Part shown: positions 18,130-26,116 of the stretch, in pieces
Numbering within the stretch: position 1 is the stretch's first letter
Layout of the letters: each line of letters starts with the position of its first letter
DNA from: Eubacteriales bacterium
Lineage (GTDB): Bacteria; Bacillota; Clostridia; Oscillospirales; CAG-272
NCBI GenBank assembly: GCA_045605745.1
Contig: JAZUQN010000158.1
Location: 1 to 47,361, forward strand
Reading direction: 5' to 3'
Length of the DNA stretch: 47,361 nucleotides
Program-made: the position numbers and the translations under genes
The notes under the pieces: model-generated
Database searches by the model: none
The model's input: only the letters and a program-made list of their open reading frames with translations
Told to the model about the DNA's origin: nothing

Positions 18130-19808
18130 TGAAACGTATTTTAGTTTTTATTTGCATAGCTTTTTCTCTTTTTTTCTGTTCTTGCGAAAATCGCTCTCCT
18201 TTCCCGGTAAATAACACAAATTCTCCACAAAGTAAGAATAATCATACCTCCTCCATAAATATCACTGAGGTAGGTGTTAGTATATGCGGCGAAAGCATTA
18301 ATATCCAGAAGGATGCAGGCGGCAGTGGCTTCACCCTATATCTTCCGGCGTTTTCGGGAGATGCAGTATGGATTCTGCCCCATAAAACATTGATTATGGG
18401 CAAAGAAGCTTCAAGTGGTGACAGTGCAGATGTGCTATATAGTGCATCTAAGATAGAAATTGCAGGACAAAGCGTCAAAATAATGCGCTCCGCCAATATC
18501 CCTTCGCTGTTTTTAAATTCTGATGAGGGCACTATGTCAAACATAGATAATAGTCCCGATCATTCCTACGGAACTCCGGGAGATTTTTCCCTCATCTCAT
18601 CCGATGGCGAGCTCCTTTCGGCAGGAAGGCTTAAAAAGATTCGCGGCAGAGGAAATGCCACATGGCACGGAACGGAGAAAAAGCCTTATCAAATTGAATT
18701 TTCATCTTCTGTGTCAATTTTAGGTCTTGCCAAGTCCAAAAAATATATTTTGCTTGCAAATTATTATGACCCTTCTCTTATGCGCAACAGCATCGCCTTT
18801 GACATTGCTAAGATATCGGAAGATTATTCAGTTTCAGGCGAGCCAATTGACCTTTATGCCTGCGGTGAATATCTTGGGGCTTATCTTATTTGTGAAAAAA
18901 TCGATATTTCGGAAAACAAGATTGATATTTTTGATCTTGAAAAGGCAACCGAAAAAGAAAATGCCGAAAATCTTGAAAATTATGAGCGCGGCGGTAGTGT
19001 TTTGGGCACAGAGAACGGAAGCTCAAAATGGTTTAGCTTGCCAAATGACCCTGCCGACATAAGCGGAGGCTATCTATTAGAGGTCGAATATACCGAGCGA
19101 TATCCTGAGGAGGTAAGCGGATTTGTTACAAGCAGAGGCTTGCCCGTTGCAATTGTATCTCCAAAATATGCATCAAAAGCGCAGGTAGAATACATAAAAA
19201 ATTTCTTTTGTGATTTTGAGGATGCCTTGTATTCGCCAACCGGTTATAATGAAAAGGGCAAGCATTACAGCGAATATGCTGATATAGATTCGATTATATT
19301 CAGATATTTATTTGAGGAATTTGCCCTGAACATAGATGGTGGTATTTCAAGCTTTCACATCTATAAGGACACCGATAAAAATGGGGGAGAGCTGATTTTT
19401 TCCTGCGTTTGGGACTATGACTGCTCCTTTGGAAATTATAATAAGCATGCTGATCTGACATCCTTTGAAACCCTTTTCACAGGAGAGAGCGAAAGGCGAA
19501 ATCAAGGGGCGATGCCTTCATATTTCAACGCAATGCTGGGACATGATGAGATTGTATCGAGAGTTAGAGATTATTATAAAAATATATTCAGAAAAGGAGC
19601 TTTAGAGGCGCTTGCAGACATCGATCGCCGATTTGAATACATAAAAGCATCAGCAGAAATGGATGCATGGCTTTATTCTTCTTTTTCTGCTCACAGCTTT
19701 TATGGAGCAAACTGTGGAAGTACTCCAAGTGAGGCCTGTAATTATTTAAAGGATTTCATAAGCGGACGAATCAAATTTTTCGATATGCATTTCGGATATG
19801 ACGGATAA
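18129..19808 (+). CDS. CotH family protein, predicted lipoprotein (second paralog)
   Basis: Lipobox LFFCSCEN. CotH-like motifs KKPYQIEF, MRNSIAFDIA and CVWDYDCSFGN. TAATG overlap with the upstream stop. Confidence 0.75.
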   Translation: MKRILVFICIAFSLFFCSCENRSPFPVNNTNSPQSKNNHTSSINITEVGVSICGESINIQKDAGGSGFTLYLPAFSGDAVWILPHKTLIMGKEASSGDSADVLYSASKIEIAGQSVKIMRSANIPSLFLNSDEGTMSNIDNSPDHSYGTPGDFSLISSDGELLSAGRLKKIRGRGNATWHGTEKKPYQIEFSSSVSILGLAKSKKYILLANYYDPSLMRNSIAFDIAKISEDYSVSGEPIDLYACGEYLGAYLICEKIDISENKIDIFDLEKATEKENAENLENYERGGSVLGTENGSSKWFSLPNDPADISGGYLLEVEYTERYPEEVSGFVTSRGLPVAIVSPKYASKAQVEYIKNFFCDFEDALYSPTGYNEKGKHYSEYADIDSIIFRYLFEEFALNIDGGISSFHIYKDTDKNGGELIFSCVWDYDCSFGNYNKHADLTSFETLFTGESERRNQGAMPSYFNAMLGHDEIVSRVRDYYKNIFRKGALEALADIDRRFEYIKASAEMDAWLYSSFSAHSFYGANCGSTPSEACNYLKDFISGRIKFFDMHFGYDG

Positions 19809-19835
19809 TCCCGATATTACGATGATAACAAATAA

Positions 19836-19868
19836 AATGGCTGAGACAAAGACTCAGCCATTTTTGAT
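19836..19868 (+). terminator. intrinsic terminator of MBOAT/CotH operon
   Basis: AATGGCTGAG-acaaaga-CTCAGCCATT followed by TTTTGATTTT. Confidence 0.75.
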
Positions 19869-19880
19869 TTTGCTTTGCTA

Positions 19881-20003
19881 AACAGGAGTTTATGGGGAAA
19901 TTGGGGTTTGACAAACAATAGCACACTGCTTTCGTATGCGGTGAGCAATTGCACATAAAAGTTTCGCAGTGTGCTTGCCTATGTTTCCCCGATAAATCAA
20001 AAT
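19881..20003 (+). repeat. intergenic repeat family, copy C (full length)
   Basis: AACAGGAGTTTATGGGG ... GCACACTGC (19921-19929) ... GCAGTGTGC (19966-19974) ... CCCCGATAAATCAAAAT. The ends are imperfect inverted repeats (GTTTATGGGG versus CCCGATAAAT). Confidence 0.7.
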
Positions 20004-20019
20004 TTGTTTGCTTCCGACT

Positions 20020-20051
20020 AAAAGAGGCTGATTCATAAATCAGCCTCTTTT
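20020..20051. terminator. bidirectional intrinsic terminator ending the minus-strand cluster
   Basis: AAAAGAGGCTGATT-cata-AATCAGCCTCTTTT, directly abutting the stop codon at 20055. Confidence 0.8.
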
Positions 20052-20054
20052 ATT

Positions 20055-21155
20055 TTATAATACCTTTTCAAGCCACTCAACCGCTGCTACAACATATTGC
20101 TTCAGTGATTCAGTATTTACCATAACAACAAGTGCTGCCCAAAGCAGATTGTTTATAAGGCTGAAGAACCACTTATTGTGTCTTGCAAAAATATTAACCT
20201 TATATTGGAATCTCTTTACAAGCGATGCCAACTTATTTTCAAGCGTCTTCTTATTAAAATCGACAATATAAAGATACTGCTTTTTGCTCTGCGGATCTTC
20301 AAAGCAAGGTTCATCCTCAATAACAGGATGTCGAATAAGAAAACTGTTAATATCCTTGAAATGGTCCTTGAAATTATCCATTGTATCCGAATCAAAAATG
20401 TTAAGCGCCTTGCCAAGACCGGCAACATACATTCTGATCCTTATCCAGCGAATATAGAAAATTATAAGTGTGATTGCTTTTAGCGCAGGAATAAATGTAA
20501 GGAGCAGACCAAGACTGTTTATGATAAACTCAATTGTGGGCTTTTCTGCTGCTGCAGCAAGCTCGCCCGCAAGCCAAGTGTCAAGAAAATACTTTGCTCC
20601 AAAGAACACCGCTATCAAGGGCAGAATAATTCTGATAAGCACATTGACAAAATGATGTCCGAATTTTGTATTGAACACCTTGGAGTTTTTATCCTTTACA
20701 ACCTCTATCTCCTCATCTCTGCGATTTCTGGTCATCTGACAGTTGATAAAGAAGCTGTCAAGAGTTCCATCAAGAAATGTTTTGTAAAACTCCTCTATAT
20801 CTGCCGGAGTTTCATAATCATCCTCGAAAAAGCTTTTGATAAACCCAACCGGCAAGAGCTCTTCGTTAAATTTCACAAAATAGTTATCGATAATGCGAGT
20901 AGTTACACCATTCAGCTTTTTCGGCTTATCGTGATTGATCATATAATAATACGGATCGTTGTTGAAATAGTCCAAAAATTCTTCATATGTATTTGCATCA
21001 ACACACTTATTCTGCCTTATGCTAAGCAATACATTATCTGATTCGTTGGAATGGCTCTCATATTCATTTCTCGCAATTTTATTATAGAGCCACTTATATG
21101 CCTGCTTCTTGACATAGTTAGTCACTCTGCGATCCCTGGATGTAATCGAGTACAT
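20055..21155 (-). CDS. hypothetical polytopic membrane protein (366 aa), last gene of cluster
   Basis: GAAGGAG RBS. A ~165-aa soluble N-domain is followed by hydrophobic helices (FVNVLIRIILPLIAVFFGA, IINSLGLLLTFIPALKAITLIIFYI, WFFSLINNLLWAALVVMV). I recognise no family motif. Confidence 0.7.
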   Translation of the reverse strand: MYSITSRDRRVTNYVKKQAYKWLYNKIARNEYESHSNESDNVLLSIRQNKCVDANTYEEFLDYFNNDPYYYMINHDKPKKLNGVTTRIIDNYFVKFNEELLPVGFIKSFFEDDYETPADIEEFYKTFLDGTLDSFFINCQMTRNRRDEEIEVVKDKNSKVFNTKFGHHFVNVLIRIILPLIAVFFGAKYFLDTWLAGELAAAAEKPTIEFIINSLGLLLTFIPALKAITLIIFYIRWIRIRMYVAGLGKALNIFDSDTMDNFKDHFKDINSFLIRHPVIEDEPCFEDPQSKKQYLYIVDFNKKTLENKLASLVKRFQYKVNIFARHNKWFFSLINNLLWAALVVMVNTESLKQYVVAAVEWLEKVL

Positions 21156-21204
21156 TTATAATGTCTCCTTCGTTTGTTATTTTTTATACTTTGTTTTTAT
21201 TGCT

Positions 21205-23721
21205 TCATGGAGCTTTTTCTGCTCCGGTATCAGGCGCAGAGGTGCTTTCGGGCGCATCTGTGCTTTCTTCTGTAGATTCTTCAGCTGTTTCATCATTAGC
21301 ATCACTTTCAGGGACACTGTCTAAAGCCTCAGTATCTGTGCCTCTATCAGTGTCTGTGTCAGTTGATATGCCACTGTCATCTCCTCCAAAAAGGTTTTCA
21401 GGCTCTTTCTTTGTATCAGTGCTGATATCCGTTGTGTCAGATTCACTTTCAGAATCTGCTCCGGAAATCACATCCGAAACTGCAGGAGTATCAGTCCCAC
21501 CCACAACGTCGGTATCCTTTGGAGCACCGCCGCCGAAAAGCCCGAATTTGACCACAACAATAGCAACCAAAACAGCCACAATTGCCACGCCCACAACTAT
21601 TGGTGCAATGGGTGCGGATTTTCCAATGACAACCGGAATATCGCTTTTATGTGAGCAATAGTTTTTCCAAACTTTCGATAGCATTTCAGCAAAAGCTTTA
21701 GTGTTTTTGCCGCAATTTCGTGTATCAATGCCGGCAATTCGATTTGTGATGCTATCCGAAAGCGCCTCTGGCATATTTTCAATACCTTTTAGCCTTAGTC
21801 TAACAATATTTGAAACTGCATTTGTGCACGCCAATGCTACTTCAAGCTCAAGATTATCATATGCCTCGCAATTTTCACCGAAGACAAATTTTATAAGCTC
21901 AATCATAACTGCATTTAACGGCAGATATGCAGCCATAAATTTAACAGAGGTAACAAGGTCAATTTTCCCTACCACAAGGGCAACCTGAATTATGAAATCA
22001 CCACCGTGCATCCTGCAAATATCATCAACAATATTCAAATGAGGCGAGTTTTCATCAGGCTTTGCATAAAGAACATACTGCTCAACGGCATTCTTTAAAG
22101 TGTGCTTATCATTTGCAAACAATTTACAAACGTTGCTGAGCGCAACAACAGTGTCAGGTGACTTTGGTGTGTTGAGAGCTTCTCTATATGCGCCAAGCAC
22201 CCTCATCTTCTCCTCGATTGTAACGCCCGTAGGTCTTTCAATCTTTGGAGGATAGGTTTCATTATGCTTTTTAAGATATACGCCTGCCATAGATTTGATG
22301 TAAGGTGCCATATCATAGCCCTTGGCCTTGGCATCCTCCAAGATCTTGCCGCATCCATCAACGAGCCACGCTCTTGCATTTGCAAGCCTGTCATCGGTAA
22401 TATGCTCGTGCGGAACATTAGGACGCTGCATCATATCTGCTACGGTTTTCTCAACATCGTTCTTTAAAGCTTCGATTTCGGCAATTCTGTTTTGCACAGC
22501 CGAAGCCATAGCGTTAAATGCTCTGTAAAACTCAACCTTATAGAAGGCTGCAGAGCTGTCTTCAAGAGGCTTAAAACTGTTTTTCAGCTTTCCGATAAGA
22601 GCATCATCAAGCTTTTGAACCTTAAAAAATTCAACAAAAATATCACGAATAGCTACAAATGCACTTTCCGGACACATCGCACAAAGCTTTTTAATGCCCA
22701 GTGTGTTCTTTTTAAGGAGTGATTGGTGGTCGATCATTTCATCAACACTTCCTATAGAAAACGGCTTAAATCCGTCAAAGTGTCCCGAGAGATTTTGCAA
22801 AACAAAATTCGGTATATCCTTGCTTGTTGGATTTTCCAGAGTGATAAGATACTCATCAAGCAGCTTTTCACAAAGATCAGCATCATTTTTTACATAGGCC
22901 CTGAAAAACTCCACAAACTGCTTTGGCTTATAGTTTGAACCGAAGCCATTGCAAAAGATATCATATTCTGCAAAAAGCTTTCCAACCTCTTCCGCACTAT
23001 CCCTCATCGCTCCAACAAGATGACTGACTATTCCGGTAAATTCCGGAATAACTGCCCCTTCATACGCAGAATCGTTTAAAGGAATCCTGACACCGCTTGC
23101 ATTTTTTGCCAAGCTGAGTGGCAGAATGCGAACTCTGAAGCTTTCAGCATCCGGAACACCTGTTATAAACGAGCAAGATTTTTTAAGAGTCGGCGGCATA
23201 TATCTGAAAAGCTTATACATCAAAATGCGAGCATACTCATTGCTATAAAGCTCGTCACTGACTGCGATAATAATGCTCTCGCCATTATAGATACGAGCAA
23301 GTATTTCAGTTGCAGCCTGAGCCGACATAGGAATATTATCGGAGCCTTTTGCATAGAGCTCTATATCCACTCCGCCAATAGCTCCGGGCATTTCTCCTTG
23401 GCGCAAGGCATCAATCGTGCCCTGCTCTGCAAACATCGCAAGCAAATTTTCTTCAAAATTTTTGCTTTGATAATAGCCTTTGACAGCCTTTTGATATATT
23501 CCGTGGATATAATATGCCTCGCGGTTATAGCTTGTGTCCTTTTTGGCACTAAAGAACAAGGGCTGATTGCTGTTTGCTCCAAAGGTCATAAAGCCATAGG
23601 CATCAATATTTGCATTAATATTAATTTTTATCAGCTCTCTGACTCTTGCCGCCTCATTTTGATCATCGGCAAAGAGCACACCATAGCCATTATTCTTGTC
23701 ACTTCCAAAAATAAATTGCAT
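21205..23721 (-). CDS. hypothetical 838-aa tail-anchored protein with acidic S/T/D-rich C-terminal tail
   Basis: No signal peptide. A ~700-aa mostly helical region is followed by a single TM helix (IAPIVVGVAIVAVLVAIVVV, about 21550-21618). A 114-aa D/E/S/T-rich tail follows (21208-21549). Confidence 0.75.
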   Translation of the reverse strand: MQFIFGSDKNNGYGVLFADDQNEAARVRELIKININANIDAYGFMTFGANSNQPLFFSAKKDTSYNREAYYIHGIYQKAVKGYYQSKNFEENLLAMFAEQGTIDALRQGEMPGAIGGVDIELYAKGSDNIPMSAQAATEILARIYNGESIIIAVSDELYSNEYARILMYKLFRYMPPTLKKSCSFITGVPDAESFRVRILPLSLAKNASGVRIPLNDSAYEGAVIPEFTGIVSHLVGAMRDSAEEVGKLFAEYDIFCNGFGSNYKPKQFVEFFRAYVKNDADLCEKLLDEYLITLENPTSKDIPNFVLQNLSGHFDGFKPFSIGSVDEMIDHQSLLKKNTLGIKKLCAMCPESAFVAIRDIFVEFFKVQKLDDALIGKLKNSFKPLEDSSAAFYKVEFYRAFNAMASAVQNRIAEIEALKNDVEKTVADMMQRPNVPHEHITDDRLANARAWLVDGCGKILEDAKAKGYDMAPYIKSMAGVYLKKHNETYPPKIERPTGVTIEEKMRVLGAYREALNTPKSPDTVVALSNVCKLFANDKHTLKNAVEQYVLYAKPDENSPHLNIVDDICRMHGGDFIIQVALVVGKIDLVTSVKFMAAYLPLNAVMIELIKFVFGENCEAYDNLELEVALACTNAVSNIVRLRLKGIENMPEALSDSITNRIAGIDTRNCGKNTKAFAEMLSKVWKNYCSHKSDIPVVIGKSAPIAPIVVGVAIVAVLVAIVVVKFGLFGGGAPKDTDVVGGTDTPAVSDVISGADSESESDTTDISTDTKKEPENLFGGDDSGISTDTDTDRGTDTEALDSVPESDANDETAEESTEESTDAPESTSAPDTGAEKAP

Positions 23722-23782
23722 ATTTTCCCCTTTCTGTTTGCCAAAGCTAAAATGCTATAGCAAACAATGGTTAATATTATCT

Positions 23783-25366
23783 TTAAATAATACGGTCGGT
23801 TCTGAGGATTCTGAGGAACGGAAGACCTGCAAGGAAACCGTGATGGATTACAGGAGCACCGGCCGAGCCCTCATCTGCCTCTTTTGCCGCATCGCATCCA
23901 TAAGGGGCAACGGGAATAAAATATTTTTCAACTCCTGCTGCGCCCACATTCAAATTGTTAAGAACTCCATAAAGAGCAGGATTCTGCTGCATAAGATATT
24001 GATTGGAAAAATGATTTATCATATCATATTCCTGCTGCTGCCAATTTGAGCCACCAAAGAAGTTGACCTCACTCTTTGTCATAATTACATTGAACATTTG
24101 ATCTGTGTTTGGACGGCCGCGAAGAGCATCAACCTTGTTTGCAACATATATGATACTTCCAAAGCGCTTGCGATCCGGAAAGGACATATGCCAAGCAAGG
24201 CTCTGGCTAAGATCCATAATATTGAAGCGCACGTTTTCCTCGGGTGCCGGCAGCATCTCGTCGATTTGCTCGGGCGGCAGGAAGAACATAACATGACGAG
24301 CACGTGTAATAACTCGTCTGGACTTATAAACATAGTCATCATCGGTACCTGCACCGTTTATAAATTTCTCTCCCGGCCAGTCGATAAAGGAATAGATAGT
24401 GTCTTTAACCTTCAGGTTAAGAATTGGCACATTTTCAAAGTCGGTTTTAACCGGTGCAAGACCTGCATTAAATCTGCCGATATTGTTCATAAACGCATTC
24501 AGGTTAAAATCGTTGGTAAGAGTTGATGTTGCGATCTTCATATCGCTTATAAATGGCTGCTTTGAAAGAACGGTGTTAAGCAGTGCAAGAAGATATGATG
24601 TCTTTCCGGCAGAGTGTGAACCAAGGAGCACAACCGGCTTCATTTTATAATAGCCGAACTCCATTGGAAATTCCTTGCCGCAGAAGCGGCAGCACTTTTT
24701 AAGTCTGCCCCAAACTCCGCCATGCTTAACAAACAGAATATCGGGAACATGATAGCCTTCAATGCCGTTATTACAGGAGCTATAGATGCAAACCTTAAGA
24801 TCAAGGCTGTCTTTTGGCTCTGAGTTCATTCTGTTTTCATAGATGTGGGTGAGAATTTTTATTGCAGTTCTGACAAACTCATCGTCAATACTGATATCTC
24901 CCACAAGCTTATCCGAAACGCCGAAAAGCACATGATAAAGAGTGCTTATCTGAGAAAGCTGAAGAGGAGTTATGCTGCCAAAATTGTTTTCATCAACAGC
25001 ATCCTGAAGCTGATCAAGAATGGCATTAAGCTCTTTAGCGTTATATCCGGATTTTGAAAGTATGTATTCATAAAGGATCTTTCCGTTTACAAGAAATGAG
25101 AAAGCGGTATCATTAAAGCCGGGGCCTCCGGGATTTCCACATTCAAGAAGTTGGGGAGAATCATGCTTATTGGATTTGAGAATAACCTCCTCATCCACAT
25201 AATACTTAAATTTAACCTGTCTCACCGCTTCTTCATCATTTGTATTGTTATAAAGCAGGGGCAAAACATATTCTGACATATCAAAGGCCACATCATAGCC
25301 AAGGAAACGCTCGCCGCAATTAGGGCAAATTATATCATGCATAAATAAACTCCTGTCTGCCGCCAA
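23783..25366 (-). CDS. zinc-ribbon-containing P-loop GTPase (TRAFAC-like motifs)
   Basis: CPNC at codons 14-17 (25316-25327) and CCRFC at 225-229. G1 GSHSAGKTS (24596-24622), G3 DWPG (24371-24382), G4 NKVD (24128-24139). Confidence 0.75.
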   Translation of the reverse strand: MAADRSLFMHDIICPNCGERFLGYDVAFDMSEYVLPLLYNNTNDEEAVRQVKFKYYVDEEVILKSNKHDSPQLLECGNPGGPGFNDTAFSFLVNGKILYEYILSKSGYNAKELNAILDQLQDAVDENNFGSITPLQLSQISTLYHVLFGVSDKLVGDISIDDEFVRTAIKILTHIYENRMNSEPKDSLDLKVCIYSSCNNGIEGYHVPDILFVKHGGVWGRLKKCCRFCGKEFPMEFGYYKMKPVVLLGSHSAGKTSYLLALLNTVLSKQPFISDMKIATSTLTNDFNLNAFMNNIGRFNAGLAPVKTDFENVPILNLKVKDTIYSFIDWPGEKFINGAGTDDDYVYKSRRVITRARHVMFFLPPEQIDEMLPAPEENVRFNIMDLSQSLAWHMSFPDRKRFGSIIYVANKVDALRGRPNTDQMFNVIMTKSEVNFFGGSNWQQQEYDMINHFSNQYLMQQNPALYGVLNNLNVGAAGVEKYFIPVAPYGCDAAKEADEGSAGAPVIHHGFLAGLPFLRILRTDRII

Positions 25367-25399
25367 GGGCGGCTTTTTTTATTTTTACTTAAAAGTTGA

Positions 25400-26062
25400 T
25401 CAGTTTCCTATAAGCGACGAGAGATAAACCACGTCATTTATCTGATTTTTATCAAATTCCTTATCAAGATAATATGTTGAGCCGCCCGGCAGAACCGAAT
25501 AAACCTTTTCGTTGTCAAAGCTGCTGACAATAACTCGGCGTTTGTCGCCGGCATCCTTAAAGGAAAGGGTTTGATAATTCTTTTTAGCCAGCTTGTCAAA
25601 AAGACTTGGCTGTGTGAGATCATATTCTATTTTTTTATCCGGGTCTATGGCAAATACCTTTGGCTCAAAGGATTTTTCGCCGTAAACACAGACTAAAAAC
25701 ACCTTATTGATATCTGTCACCGGGAAGCGCATTTGCTGAACAAAGAATATACCGCCTCCGCTGTTAAGTTGATATTTATTGATCCAGCACTTATTCTGAT
25801 TTGCCGGATTATTATAATAGGCTTCTATATTGCTGATCCTGTTTTGGGGCGATGAAATATCGAACATCTGTCGGTTGATCCACTGTATTATTTCATCCTG
25901 TGTGAAAATAGTGTCACGAAGCAGCTGACTTTCCGGAATAGTACAGCAAAACACTGTACAGCTCGGCAAAGGAGCTCCGTTTTCATATTTCCACTTCCAG
26001 CTCAGATTGACCTCAAGATGATCCTCTGTTGCCCCAGAAGTAACCATTAAATTTTCAAACAT
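25400..26062 (-). CDS. hypothetical protein (220 aa)
   Basis: Clean ORF in the operon with no TM helix or signal peptide. It looks beta-rich and has no motif I recognise. Confidence 0.65.
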   Translation of the reverse strand: MFENLMVTSGATEDHLEVNLSWKWKYENGAPLPSCTVFCCTIPESQLLRDTIFTQDEIIQWINRQMFDISSPQNRISNIEAYYNNPANQNKCWINKYQLNSGGGIFFVQQMRFPVTDINKVFLVCVYGEKSFEPKVFAIDPDKKIEYDLTQPSLFDKLAKKNYQTLSFKDAGDKRRVIVSSFDNEKVYSVLPGGSTYYLDKEFDKNQINDVVYLSSLIGN

Positions 26063-26116
26063 TTATGGGTTCACATCCTTTTTAGTGTATTTATAAGAAA
26101 TGTTCTCTGCTATCGA

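Noticed and set aside
21161-21661. 166-aa plus-strand ORF rich in S/V/P/T.
   Set aside because: It is the mirror image of the acidic S/T/D-rich tail of the 838-aa minus-strand gene. It has no independent start signals.
21205-25366. Assigning the GTPase plus the 838-aa neighbour to a specific published GTPase-associated conflict-system family.
   Set aside because: The N-terminal sequences do not match the signature I remember for those adaptor domains, and I cannot run profile searches. It is kept only as a hypothesis to test.
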